Notes: generated by a model not told the origin, from the letters alone. A stretch of DNA of 64,000 nucleotides from an uncultured Gammaproteobacteria bacterium (GCA_964639785.1 CAZXEE010000001.1:455701-519700), one strand, 5' to 3'. Numbered from the stretch's first letter, positions 17,952-26,890 are shown. Numbers and translations are program-made.

Positions 17952-18422
17952 ATGAAAGAAAGGTTGTTGTTTTATGCCGTCATGGAAATAATAAATTATG
18001 CGATCCTACCTTATGAAATCTATCTGGTAGGCTTCTCTTTTGAGCAATCATTAGTTTGCCGCTTGTTTGCCAGCCTGACTGATTTGGTTGTGGTTATCTT
18101 TTTCTTTAACACCAAAAGTATTTGGGATCCGGAAAAAGAAAATAAGACTATCCGTGACCATCTTTTAGCTGGAGTAAAGCTATTGGTCCAATTCCCGATT
18201 ATTTACGTTCTGAAAATAATGTTCGTAAATTCGGTAGCGATACCGAAATTGCAATCTTGGGGATTTGAGATTGAAAAGATTGGCTGGTCAAATATCGGTA
18301 CCACCATCGTCATGTCGGTTTTATTCTGTCTGGTGATGGGCGTGCTGTATAGCGTTTTTCGAGAGAGGATATTGTCGGCATTCGGTCTTTTAAAAATTAC
18401 CAACAAAAAAGCCAGGTTCTAA
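17952..18422 (+). CDS. Small 4-TM membrane protein, AlaE (L-alanine exporter)-like
   Basis: 156 aa. GFSFEQSLVCRL matches E. coli AlaE GMSFEQSFYSRL as I recall it, with similar length and TM layout. Confidence 0.5.
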   Translation: MKERLLFYAVMEIINYAILPYEIYLVGFSFEQSLVCRLFASLTDLVVVIFFFNTKSIWDPEKENKTIRDHLLAGVKLLVQFPIIYVLKIMFVNSVAIPKLQSWGFEIEKIGWSNIGTTIVMSVLFCLVMGVLYSVFRERILSAFGLLKITNKKARF

Positions 18423-18452
18423 AACCTGGCTTTTATCTTTTTAGAAAAATAT

Positions 18453-19175
18453 CTATTTTAATCCGAAGACCGTTTTGACGGTAATCATCACTTCCTTTTC
18501 GATTCCGGATGTGTCATATGATCCATAATCGGATATTTCCACTGCCCCAACCGGCATAACCTGGACGACGCCCATAGAAACTGATTTGACAGTATCGACT
18601 GTCTTGCCGCTGCTGCCGGCGATAGCTTCAGCTCTTTTTTTAGCATCCTTGATGGCTTCAGGTAACAAAGAAATGCGCAATTCTGGTAATTTAGAGTAAT
18701 AATACTCGACGGCATTAGGTGAGAAGAAAACGCCTTGTTCAGCTAGCTTTTCAGTATTCTTAGCTAATGTTTTAATTTTGTCGACTTGGTCTGATTTTAT
18801 TTCTATATTTTGAACCAGATTATATTCTCGAGGGGCGTTCTGGTCATTTTTGTAGATTTCATTCATGAAGATCGGTGAGATTTCAATAGTCTCTTTGGAG
18901 ATGCCTTGAGAAATAAAAAAATCAGTAACAATCTTCTCGTCGTTCTTCATCTGGACGTAACCATCTTTGATTTGATCCTTGAGAGTGGCGCGGGAAAAAT
19001 TAGCTGTCCAGCGGGCTGAATCAGCCGTTACTTGCTGTTTGGCTGAACCGGTTACCGAAATCACATTATCCATCTTCTTGACGCTCAAGAAGGTGAAGGC
19101 GACTAAAGCGGCGGCCAGGATCAGGCTTAAGCCCAGGATTAGGCCGAAAGATAGGAGACCTTTTGGTTTTTCCAT
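18453..19175 (-). CDS. SIMPL-domain (DUF541) envelope protein, copy 1
   Basis: N-terminal TM anchor, then VSVTGSAKQQVTADSARW...AIKDAKKRAEAIA...GVVQV, typical of SIMPL. Start taken at MEKPKG (19175); the longer ORF-track start (19247) would overlap the next gene. Confidence 0.8.
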   Translation of the reverse strand: MEKPKGLLSFGLILGLSLILAAALVAFTFLSVKKMDNVISVTGSAKQQVTADSARWTANFSRATLKDQIKDGYVQMKNDEKIVTDFFISQGISKETIEISPIFMNEIYKNDQNAPREYNLVQNIEIKSDQVDKIKTLAKNTEKLAEQGVFFSPNAVEYYYSKLPELRISLLPEAIKDAKKRAEAIAGSSGKTVDTVKSVSMGVVQVMPVGAVEISDYGSYDTSGIEKEVMITVKTVFGLK

Positions 19176-19185
19176 AGTTTTATTA

Positions 19186-19989
19186 TTAATTATATTGTTC
19201 TTTATAAATTTGTTCCAAGTCACTGGTAATTCCCTCTCTCTTAGCATAGATCGGATGGTTCTCTTCCAAGTTTGTTAGCTTGTTTAAGACGGCTTCAATA
19301 ACTGATTTATATTTCCTCTTTAATTTTTGATATTTTTCTCCATTTGGATCCAATGAATGAAGATCGATATTGGTGGATAGGTCTGCTAATTTCAAGGTGA
19401 ATAATTCTGGATCATTAATGATGTCTTCGACGTGTTCGGCATACATCTTATTTATGAAATCTTGTTTGTCGTTGCCTTCCAATCCCAGATCTTCAGCCAA
19501 TGAATTGAAATCATGATTGGTCATATTTTCAACGTAATAGGAAACTTTTTCTCCGAATCTTTCTTTGATTTCTTTAAAGCTCCAAGTCTTTAAAGTGTCC
19601 CGGTATCTTTCTTTGGTGGTGGCATCGATTTTCAGGTAATTAAAATCACGATCCGGGTATTTACGATTAATCCTTTCTACAAAGATATGGTCAGATTGGT
19701 CTTCGACGCTGTCATGAATCAAGGCAGCTATCGTCAGCTCGTGGTTGTCACTTAGCTCCATCACTTTCTCGGCTACTGCCAAGGGGTGGCTAGCAAAAGG
19801 CAAACCATCTACCCGATCGGCTTGAGGCAGATGGATCTTAAGCATGAAGTCTAAAGCTTCATTAACTTCTTCAAGTTTCTTATCGCTGAATTTATCCTGG
19901 GCCTTGTTCGTGAAGTTATTAATCCTGTCTTCTATCATCTCTTTTCGGGCTGATATTTCCTCCTGGTTAGAATTCATTTCAAATGTCAT
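19186..19989 (-). CDS. HD-domain phosphohydrolase (RelA/SpoT-hydrolase-like HD_4 type)
   Basis: ASHPLAVAEKV...AALIHDSVED is the His...HD metal motif of the ppGpp-hydrolase-like HD family. No synthetase domain. Confidence 0.7.
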   Translation of the reverse strand: MTFEMNSNQEEISARKEMIEDRINNFTNKAQDKFSDKKLEEVNEALDFMLKIHLPQADRVDGLPFASHPLAVAEKVMELSDNHELTIAALIHDSVEDQSDHIFVERINRKYPDRDFNYLKIDATTKERYRDTLKTWSFKEIKERFGEKVSYYVENMTNHDFNSLAEDLGLEGNDKQDFINKMYAEHVEDIINDPELFTLKLADLSTNIDLHSLDPNGEKYQKLKRKYKSVIEAVLNKLTNLEENHPIYAKREGITSDLEQIYKEQYN

Positions 19990-20004
19990 ATGTTTTGAGC
20001 GTTG

Positions 20005-20340
20005 CTAGACTTGGCAATCGCATTTCTTATTTTTAAGTATGTCCTTCTGTTCTTCGATGGTATTTATGAATACATCCTGGATTTCTGATCCTTTGGCCAG
20101 TTTCTTGTCGAGCGGCGACAGATGCCGATAACCTCGCCAAGAAAACTCTTTGATAAGTGTCTGATGGCGATAATACAGAGCCAAGGTTTTCCCTTTCCAG
20201 CGTAAAGTTTCTGGGTGGCGTGAATATCCGCCTTGGCCATTATGCTTAGTCAGGATATTCCAAAGGCCATGTAGCTCGCGATGTTCGGCTAATAGGTGCT
20301 TGCGGCATAAGCATTTTGGATCAATGTCCCAGATGCGCAT
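20005..20340 (-). CDS. Pyrimidine-dimer DNA glycosylase (T4 endonuclease V / DenV-like family)
   Basis: MRIWDIDPKCLCRKHLLAEHRELHGLW is the characteristic N-terminus of this family, including the catalytic N-terminal region and conserved Glu. Confidence 0.8.
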   Translation of the reverse strand: MRIWDIDPKCLCRKHLLAEHRELHGLWNILTKHNGQGGYSRHPETLRWKGKTLALYYRHQTLIKEFSWRGYRHLSPLDKKLAKGSEIQDVFINTIEEQKDILKNKKCDCQV

Positions 20341-20341
20341 A

Positions 20342-20812
20342 TTATTTATCCTTTAAGATGTTTAATCTCCTTAACTTGTTTATTAATTCATCCAAATTTT
20401 CTACCAAAGGAATCTTGAATTTCTGGCAGATGAATTCTACGTTGCCTCGGCGCCAGAATTTTTTCGGGCAGCAGCAGATTATCTTGTGGTTCCGAGAGAA
20501 TAGGCCGAGTTCCAATAAGGAAATCGGACTTTTAGAATCAGGGGCGAAGTACAGCACGATATAATCACTCCGGCTTAGTCCGGCAAATTCCCATTCCAGT
20601 TGTTCTTTGAATTTTTTATTATCAACACTTTGTTTCCAATCGTATCCCCAGTGTTCTCGGCGCGGATTGAGCAAGGTTCCCGGATATTCTTTTAAGCTCT
20701 TAGCTAATTCCGATTGCCAGTCGATAGCTTTCCCCATTTCAATACTACCAGCCAGGAAAATAACCGGCTTCTTTGATTTGATGATCTTTTGTGGGGCGGT
20801 AATTACTTTCAT
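20342..20812 (-). CDS. Nucleoside 2-deoxyribosyltransferase-like protein
   Basis: VIFLAGSIEMGKAIDWQ...LNPRREHW...QLEWEFAGLSRSDYIVLYF...SLLELG fits the Nuc_deoxyri_tr2-type Rossmann-like pattern. Confidence 0.7.
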   Translation of the reverse strand: MKVITAPQKIIKSKKPVIFLAGSIEMGKAIDWQSELAKSLKEYPGTLLNPRREHWGYDWKQSVDNKKFKEQLEWEFAGLSRSDYIVLYFAPDSKSPISLLELGLFSRNHKIICCCPKKFWRRGNVEFICQKFKIPLVENLDELINKLRRLNILKDK

Positions 20813-20813
20813 A

Positions 20814-21389
20814 TTATAATTTAACGGTTTCTATGAATTCTGCCAAATCGGTATTGGCGAATTTTAAAATTCCCGAAATGAATTTAGCCTTATCTTCTCC
20901 ATTTAAATTAGATAATTTGCTTGTGGGCCACGATTCAAACCCTAAAGCCTTCCCCTCCTCAATCTTCAATTTATCTATGGTGTCACGATAAATGTATAAG
21001 TATTCTGACTGGAAAGCATTGTTAGTCTTTCCGGTTACTTCATCATGAGAATATTTTTTAATTTTTTTGATAAATATCAGGTCTTCTTGGTTAATCTTAA
21101 CTCCGGTTTCTTCTTCTGTTTCTCTGATTGCGGCATCTTCGTAGCTTTGTCCGATTTCGACATGGCCACCAACGGTAGCATCCAGAAGATCAGGGTATGT
21201 TTCCTTGTCTTTAGCGCGATGTTGGAATATTAATTCCTTATTTGGAGTGATAAAATAAACGTGGATTTCTCTATGAAAAAATCCGCCTTGATGAATTTCT
21301 TGCCTGGTTCTTTCTCCGATTATTTTATCGTTATCATCAACGATATTCAGTTTATTTTCCATATTCATATTATATCCTATATCTGCCAA
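20814..21389 (-). CDS. NUDIX hydrolase
   Basis: Nudix box GGHVEIGQSYEDAAIRETEEETGV. Confidence 0.85.
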   Translation of the reverse strand: MADIGYNMNMENKLNIVDDNDKIIGERTRQEIHQGGFFHREIHVYFITPNKELIFQHRAKDKETYPDLLDATVGGHVEIGQSYEDAAIRETEEETGVKINQEDLIFIKKIKKYSHDEVTGKTNNAFQSEYLYIYRDTIDKLKIEEGKALGFESWPTSKLSNLNGEDKAKFISGILKFANTDLAEFIETVKL

Positions 21390-21400
21390 AATTCCAATTC

Positions 21401-21439
21401 GGACAAAAACAAAAGACCCCCCTAATCGGGAGGTCTTTT
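21401..21439 (-). terminator. Rho-independent terminator after cspA
   Basis: Stem aaaagacc(c)ccc / ggg(a)ggtctttt (21411-21439). On the minus strand it is followed by gtttttgt. Confidence 0.7.
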
Positions 21440-21451
21440 GTTTAAAGGATA

Positions 21452-21649
21452 TTAAGCTAACTGTACGTTTACAGCGTTCATTCCCTTAGAAGATTGTTCC
21501 TGTTCAAAGGTAACAGCCTGGCCTTCGTGAAGTTCATTGAATGAAACTCCGACCAAAGCGTTGCAGTGGAAGAATAAATCCTTGTCCTGACCTTCGATGG
21601 CGATGAAGCCAAAACCTTTGTCAGTTAATTTTTTGATAACACCAGTCAT
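21452..21649 (-). CDS. cspA: Cold-shock protein (CspA family)
   Basis: 65 aa with the KGFGFI (RNP1) and VFFH-like DLFFHC (RNP2) motifs. Confidence 0.95.
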   Translation of the reverse strand: MTGVIKKLTDKGFGFIAIEGQDKDLFFHCNALVGVSFNELHEGQAVTFEQEQSSKGMNAVNVQLA

Positions 21650-21739
21650 TTATTTTAGACTTAGTAAATAAAAATTGCATCTTTTAATACGTTTTTTGAA
21701 ACTCGACGACTTTTCTAACTTATAAAATTTTGCTTAATT

Positions 21740-21750
21740 AATATAACACA
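21740..21750 (-). promoter_or_regulatory. Extended -10 promoter (TGTGTTATATT) giving a roughly 85-90 nt cspA 5' UTR
   Basis: The minus-strand sequence tgtgttatatt nearly matches the element upstream of the 40-aa basic-protein gene (tgtgttataat). Confidence 0.4.
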
Positions 21751-21796
21751 TATCTTATAAAAAAGCAAATCAAATGGAATTATCTGTATAAACTGG

Positions 21797-22363
21797 CTAT
21801 TTTTTGCATATTCCTGTTAAAATCGCCTGGTCTAAGACATGATTTTCCATGGCTTTTAACAGTTCTTTCTTACCGGCAGAAGAATCCAACTCTAGGTTGC
21901 TATCTAAAGCATAAACCTTGAATTGATAGCGGTGAGTACCGCTTGGCGGACATGGTCCGTCATATTGATGGTTGCCGAAATCGTTGATACCGACAGCCAT
22001 GTCGGTTAATTTTTGTCCGGCTAGGATTTGTGTGGTTTGAGGAGATATATTCCAGGCCACAAGATGGACCCAGTCTCCATTTGGAGCATCGGGATCATCG
22101 ATAATCAAAGCTAGGCTTTTGGCGTCAGCCGGGATTGAACCTATCTCTAACGAAGGAATGATGTCTTCGCCGCGACAAGTATGGCGGTCGGGGATGACTT
22201 CTCCATCTTTGAATTCATGGCTGGCAATGGTCATAGATTTATGTTCTCCGAGATTTAGATTGTCATTAGAAATTCCATATCTGGAAATAATCCAAGCGAC
22301 AACCCCGAGAATGATTAATGCTAAAAGTGATATTAAGGCTATCATTTTATTTTTCTTATTCAT
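21797..22363 (-). CDS. YbhB/YbcL-family PEBP (Raf-kinase-inhibitor-like) protein, membrane-anchored
   Basis: N-terminal TM segment. DDPDAPNGDWVHLVAWNI and GPCPPSGTHRYQFKVYALD are PEBP signatures. Confidence 0.85.
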   Translation of the reverse strand: MNKKNKMIALISLLALIILGVVAWIISRYGISNDNLNLGEHKSMTIASHEFKDGEVIPDRHTCRGEDIIPSLEIGSIPADAKSLALIIDDPDAPNGDWVHLVAWNISPQTTQILAGQKLTDMAVGINDFGNHQYDGPCPPSGTHRYQFKVYALDSNLELDSSAGKKELLKAMENHVLDQAILTGICKK

Positions 22364-23259
22364 TTTTTTAATAATAAATAATCTTTGATAATCCCAACGC
22401 TAGATAATACTTCAATTCTCTTTTCTGATTTTTTCTTAGCTCCTGGAAAGGTATCAGTGCAATAGATTTTCTTAACGCCCAGGGCAAATAGCTTTTTCCA
22501 AGTTGCGGTGCAAAATAATCCATGGACGACAAAAATATTTATATCCTTAACGCCCAACCGTCTCAATGCTTTGACATTGCCTATCAATGTTTCTCCAGTA
22601 CTCAGCATGTCATCGATAATAATAATCTGCTTGCTTAATTGGCCGTGGAATTCCTCAATCTTAATTCTATTTTTCCGGCGGCTCTTGGAGAAATAAGCTA
22701 TGGGTTGTTTCAATTTCAAGCTTTTCCTGATCTCTTTATTGAATTTAATAGCCCCTTCGTCTGGAGCGATTAAAGTGATTTCATCTAGTTTAGAAGTGAA
22801 TTGTTTTTTGATGGTCTGAGCGAACAATGCGGCGCTAGAAATTGATTTTAACGGTATGGAAAAGAAATTTTTTGCCTCAGAACTATGGACATTGACCGTA
22901 ATAACCTTATCAGCTCCGGCGGCCGGCAGGATTTGGCCTAATAATTCCAAGGCTAGGCTTTTGCCGACCCCTGGTTGATCGTGGCGGGAGTAGCCTAAAT
23001 AAGGAATCAAGACGATTATTTTATTTGCCTTGTTAGTTTTCAAGGCGTTTATCAATAATAATAAATTGAATAGATTGGAGTCATTCGGAGCGGTTGATCC
23101 GATAATCAAACAAGTTTTTTTGGCTACTTCGGTTTTCAATTCAATATATTTTTCTCCATTGGAAAAATATCTTAGATCGAAATGGCCGGATTGGAAACTT
23201 TTATCTTCTAACAATCCATTTTTTAAATAATTATATTGTGGCTCAGCAAAGATAATCAT
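22360..23259 (-). CDS. prs: Ribose-phosphate pyrophosphokinase (PRPP synthetase-like, divergent)
   Basis: FSNGEKYIEL, IPYLGYSRHDQ, VNVHSSEAKNFF and IIIDDMLSTGETL line up with the Prs motifs. The canonical RQDR is SRHDQ here. Confidence 0.8.
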   Translation of the reverse strand: MIIFAEPQYNYLKNGLLEDKSFQSGHFDLRYFSNGEKYIELKTEVAKKTCLIIGSTAPNDSNLFNLLLLINALKTNKANKIIVLIPYLGYSRHDQPGVGKSLALELLGQILPAAGADKVITVNVHSSEAKNFFSIPLKSISSAALFAQTIKKQFTSKLDEITLIAPDEGAIKFNKEIRKSLKLKQPIAYFSKSRRKNRIKIEEFHGQLSKQIIIIDDMLSTGETLIGNVKALRRLGVKDINIFVVHGLFCTATWKKLFALGVKKIYCTDTFPGAKKKSEKRIEVLSSVGIIKDYLLLKK

Positions 23260-23891
23260 ATTTTTTTATTCCTTTTTAAGATATTGATAACTTCTTCATC
23301 GGATACTTGCGGGAAAGAATCATAATAAGCCCCGACTGCACCTAGATAATTATCGGATATTTCTAGGGCTATTAATTCATCGATGTTCTTTTCTAATTTT
23401 TGGGCTGTCTCAGTCGGAATTATCGGAACAGCAACGATAATCTTTTTGGGATTATGATGCTGGACTTCAGAAATAGCCAAAGCCATTGTCAGGCCGGTAG
23501 CTATGCCATCATCAACGATAATCACATCCTTATCTTTCAGATTACTAAACTCCTGCTCCGGCAGATATTTTTGCCTTCTCCTTTGAGCCTCGATCTGATT
23601 TCTCTTAGTTTCCTGTTCAATCCATTCCGGATCAAGGTTCTTTTTCTCAAATTCATTGAATAGAGTGTGTCCGTCTTCCGCTACTGCTCCAATGGCATAT
23701 TCCTCTTGCATCGGATGGCCGATCTTTCGGGTAATAATCAAATCTAACGGTAGTTTCAATCTTTCGGCTAAGACTCCGCCCAAAACTACTCCGCCTCGAG
23801 GCAAGGCGATGATTATCGCTTTTGAATTTTGATATTTTGTCAGAATATCGGCTAATTTCTGGCCAGCTTCGACTCGGTCTTTAAATCGCAT
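23256..23891 (-). CDS. Type I phosphoribosyltransferase of unknown substrate (COG1926-like)
   Basis: FKDRVEAGQKLA...ALPRGGVVLG and the PRPP loop VIIVDDGIATGLTM. The stop overlaps the prs start (ATGA). Confidence 0.8.
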   Translation of the reverse strand: MRFKDRVEAGQKLADILTKYQNSKAIIIALPRGGVVLGGVLAERLKLPLDLIITRKIGHPMQEEYAIGAVAEDGHTLFNEFEKKNLDPEWIEQETKRNQIEAQRRRQKYLPEQEFSNLKDKDVIIVDDGIATGLTMALAISEVQHHNPKKIIVAVPIIPTETAQKLEKNIDELIALEISDNYLGAVGAYYDSFPQVSDEEVINILKRNKKI

Positions 23892-23916
23892 ATTTTTTAC
23901 AATAAAAAAGAATTGC

Positions 23917-24693
23917 TTAGATAGGCAATTCTTTTAACTGATATAGGACTATTCCGGCTGCTACGGCAACATTCAGAGATTCTATTTCCTGGCTCATTTC
24001 CAGCCTAATGAAAGCGTCGGATCGGTCTAGTATGTCTTGGTTGACTCCCGAAGCCTCACTGCCGAATACCAGGCAGTATTTCTTATCTTTGATAATCTTA
24101 GGGTCTTGGCCGCCTTCCAGGTTGGTAGAATAAACTTTCATCTTGGCTTTCAGCTTATCAAATGCCTGCCGTTCCTTGTCGCTCATGATGTTCAGTTTGA
24201 AAATGGCATCCTTGCTGGCACTGATCGTTTTGGAATTATAGATATCGGCGCAGTGTTCATCGACGATAATATTCTTAAAGCCGAAAGCCAGAGCGGTTCG
24301 CAAGATGGTGCCGAGATTGCCGGGGTCATTAATGGCATTTAAATAGACATTCTTTTCTGAAACATTTATTGAACCTTCTAACTTTGAAAAAATAGCCGCT
24401 ATGCCCGATGGGGTTTCTAGGTTAGAGAATTTATTATTGACCTTTTCATTGATAACATAAACTTCCGGGCTCTGTTCCATTATTCTTGTAACTCTTGGAT
24501 CTTTGACTTCCATTAGTTCTTCGGTAACAAAAACGGCTCGCGGCTTGAAACCGGATCTTAAGGCGTCAGATATAGTCTTGAGGTTTTCGATGAAGAATTC
24601 TTGGTTTTCATCGCGTTCCTTCTTGTTGTTCAACTTGTTCAGATATTTGATTTTTTCATTATCTAAACTGCTGATCGTCTTGATTTTATCCAT
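23917..24693 (-). CDS. TrmH/SpoU-family RNA 2'-O-methyltransferase
   Basis: DPGNLGTILRTALAFG, LVFGSEASGV and ESLNVAVAAGIVLYQ are the three SPOUT motifs. Confidence 0.85.
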   Translation of the reverse strand: MDKIKTISSLDNEKIKYLNKLNNKKERDENQEFFIENLKTISDALRSGFKPRAVFVTEELMEVKDPRVTRIMEQSPEVYVINEKVNNKFSNLETPSGIAAIFSKLEGSINVSEKNVYLNAINDPGNLGTILRTALAFGFKNIIVDEHCADIYNSKTISASKDAIFKLNIMSDKERQAFDKLKAKMKVYSTNLEGGQDPKIIKDKKYCLVFGSEASGVNQDILDRSDAFIRLEMSQEIESLNVAVAAGIVLYQLKELPI

Positions 24694-24704
24694 ATGATAA
24701 GATT

Positions 24705-24740
24705 ATAACAAAAACGCTCGTTCTTGACGAGCGTTTTTAT
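24705..24740 (-). terminator. Rho-independent terminator after the 40-aa basic-protein gene
   Basis: 11-bp stem aaaacgctcgt / acgagcgtttt (24711-24737). Confidence 0.7.
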
Positions 24741-24758
24741 ATCAGTAAATCTTGAGGC

Positions 24759-24881
24759 TTATTTGGAGCGTTTCTTGCTAGCTTTTTCTTCCAACATGAC
24801 TCTTTTAGCCTCTAGCCGCTTGGCGGTCTTGTGTGAGTGTGATTTCTGTCTCTTGCCCACACCGGAAAGTCTTTTTGACAT
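24759..24881 (-). CDS. 40-aa highly basic small protein, unrecognised (below the ORF-track length cutoff)
   Basis: ATG..TAA ORF: MSKRLSGVGKRQKSHSHKTAKRLEAKRVMLEEKASKKRSK (15 K/R). It has its own extended -10 promoter and its own terminator. Confidence 0.55.
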   Translation of the reverse strand: MSKRLSGVGKRQKSHSHKTAKRLEAKRVMLEEKASKKRSK

Positions 24882-24913
24882 ATAGGTGTATTATTTAATT
24901 AATCAATATAAAG

Positions 24914-24924
24914 ATTATAACACA
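24914..24924 (-). promoter_or_regulatory. Extended -10 promoter TGTGTTATAAT
   Basis: The minus strand reads tgtgttataat, with the -10 hexamer ending 32 nt upstream of the ATG at 24881. Confidence 0.5.
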
Positions 24925-25036
24925 TTTAAATTTATTGGGTAGTCTTTCCTTATTTCTATATTTTTGGCTATTATTAGCAATTAATATTAAAAATAAAAAA
25001 CAGGGTTATTTTTCCCCCGTTTTTGAGTCTTCCTTT

Positions 25037-26065
25037 TTATCTGAAACATAAGGGATCAGGTCCCTTCTCCAAACTGCCATAATGATGCAGTCTTTGTGCC
25101 GGACAGCCGCCTAAGCAAGCTTTTGCCAGATCACATCTTGAGCATTTGCCAGTCAGTTTCTGATAATCAAAATCTCGGAACTTCCGGATAAATTCATGCT
25201 CTTCCCAGAAAAAACGCAGTCCATAGTCCCGGATATTACCGAACTCAAAATGTTTCAATGCCGGGCAGTAGGTGACGCTTCCGTCAGCTCTAACTAAGAT
25301 GCTCTTATGTCCCAAGCTGCAAGCAACGGGTTGGAATGATGGATCGAGCAGATAGCGGCGATCGATGTTGTGGCCCATGGTCCAGCGAAATGGAGCACGA
25401 AGATTTCTCAGGCCGATCAAAGTGGTTTGTGCCTCTTTGAATTCTTCAGGGTTGAGCTCCAAGTCTAAGCTTTTGCTAGCCCTTCCTTGGTTTACTAACC
25501 GCAAGATGTACCACTCATTTACGCCCCAGTGCCTTAACAACGTGAAGATCTTGGTGAGATCTTGGAAATTATTGCGGCACAAGACAGTGTGGATCCCAAC
25601 ATCCAATCCATAAATCTTGGCTAACAAGATACTCCTTTGCAAGGCTCTGAAAGAACCATTGATACCGGTCATGTAATCATGCTTGGAAGCTATTCCTAAT
25701 AAGCTGAATACTATCTGGACCTTATTTCCGCTAGGAGCGTCAGCGGCTAATGTCTTCAAGAGATCATTGCTGATTTCTTTAACCCCTGCGTTGTTAGGAT
25801 AGGATCCGGCAGTATTAATCTCCAGCTTCAATCCCCAGGCTCTTATAAAATGAATAATAGCCGTTATGTCTGGCCGTAATAATGGTTCTCCGCCCGATAG
25901 AATGACTGATTGGCCTCCTAGGTCTTTGAAGTCCAGGACTAAATTTTTAATTTCAGAAAAAGTTAGTTCATTTGGCAGAGCTTTCCCAGACAGAGAGGAA
26001 CAATGAAGGCATTTTTGGTCACAAAGATTCGTGACCTCGATAGTCAATTCCCTGAGGTATTCCAT
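25037..26065 (-). CDS. Radical SAM enzyme with C-terminal SPASM domain
   Basis: CDQKCLHC (CxxxCxxC) at residues 15-22, and GGEPLL. C-terminal pattern C..G...CSRCDLAKACLGGC (Cx2Cx5Cx3C) ...DPLC is a full SPASM cysteine pattern. Confidence 0.9.
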   Translation of the reverse strand: MEYLRELTIEVTNLCDQKCLHCSSLSGKALPNELTFSEIKNLVLDFKDLGGQSVILSGGEPLLRPDITAIIHFIRAWGLKLEINTAGSYPNNAGVKEISNDLLKTLAADAPSGNKVQIVFSLLGIASKHDYMTGINGSFRALQRSILLAKIYGLDVGIHTVLCRNNFQDLTKIFTLLRHWGVNEWYILRLVNQGRASKSLDLELNPEEFKEAQTTLIGLRNLRAPFRWTMGHNIDRRYLLDPSFQPVACSLGHKSILVRADGSVTYCPALKHFEFGNIRDYGLRFFWEEHEFIRKFRDFDYQKLTGKCSRCDLAKACLGGCPAQRLHHYGSLEKGPDPLCFR

Positions 26066-26139
26066 GGTGAATAGTTTTAATGAACGATGGGTTAATTGCC
26101 TTTATATTAAAACAAAGAAGATTATTAGTCAAATTCGGA

Positions 26140-26886
26140 TTAAGCCTCAATTTTTGAGAAAAAATAGCTAGCAATAAGCAAAAAAACGATAGTTACAATT
26201 CCTAGAACGGTAAAGTCGTGCCATAAGCTAAAATGGTTTAAGCCTACCAGTGAACCTCTCAAGGCATCGACGCCATAAGCCAAAGGGTTGATCTTGATGA
26301 TAATCTCAATACCCTTTGGTAATCCTTCTAACGGGAAAAAAGCGCCTGACAGGAAGAAGATAGGCATAATCAGGAAGTTGACGATTAATTGGAAACCTTG
26401 AGCATCCTTCATCATTGAGGCTAGGGCAGTTCCAAAAAGAGTAAACAAGAAAGCAACCAAGAACATGAAGACTATTGCCGGGAGTATCAACCATGGATTG
26501 ATTATCCGGAATCCGATTATAAATGACAAAGCCAGGACGATTAAGCCTTGCAAGACTGCTACAGTAGCGCCACCTAGGCAACGGCCGAACATGATCTGGA
26601 TTCGAGAGACTGGAGCTACCAGCATTTCCTTCAAGAAACCGAATTGCCGGTCCCAGATGATTTCCAAGCCATTAAAGACGGCGGTAAATAGGATGCTCAT
26701 GCAAATCACTCCAGGAATTAAGAATTGAATATAGTTGCCCTCCCCAGCTTTCTGATAGATCGGACCAAAACCAAAACCAAAGGCTAACATAAACAACAAA
26801 GGCTGCCCCAAAGAACCAATAATCCGGGCTTTAGACCTCAGATACCGCTTGATTTGTCTTAACCATAGGATATAAATGATTTCCAT
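26140..26886 (-). CDS. ABC-2 type exporter permease
   Basis: 248 aa with 6 predicted TM segments, immediately (4 nt) downstream of the ATPase. Confidence 0.85.
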   Translation of the reverse strand: MEIIYILWLRQIKRYLRSKARIIGSLGQPLLFMLAFGFGFGPIYQKAGEGNYIQFLIPGVICMSILFTAVFNGLEIIWDRQFGFLKEMLVAPVSRIQIMFGRCLGGATVAVLQGLIVLALSFIIGFRIINPWLILPAIVFMFLVAFLFTLFGTALASMMKDAQGFQLIVNFLIMPIFFLSGAFFPLEGLPKGIEIIIKINPLAYGVDALRGSLVGLNHFSLWHDFTVLGIVTIVFLLIASYFFSKIEA

Positions 26887-26890
26887 ATTT

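Noticed and set aside
19176-19247. The ORF track gives N-terminal extensions for the SIMPL gene (to 19247), the flippase (to 49060), the FkbM gene (to 10344) and rplK (TTG at 35).
   Set aside because: The extensions overlap neighbouring genes or precede obvious N-terminal signal, TM or family motifs. Internal ATG starts (19175, 49006, 10317) give cleaner gene boundaries. rplK clearly continues upstream of the window.
23906-23935. A hairpin (aaaagaattgc-ttagatag-gcaattctttt) overlaps the trmH-family stop codon and might be a terminator.
   Set aside because: It has an 11-bp stem but no convincing U-tract on the minus strand, and the next gene starts 26 nt away. I left it unannotated.
24759-24881. 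The 40-aa basic ORF might be the precursor peptide for the adjacent radical SAM/SPASM enzyme.
   Set aside because: It has no Cys and no Gly-Gly or leader-like motif. It is separated from the rSAM gene by 155 nt containing its own strong promoter, and it is followed by its own terminator. Its composition looks more like a nucleic-acid-binding protein. I kept it only as a remote possibility.
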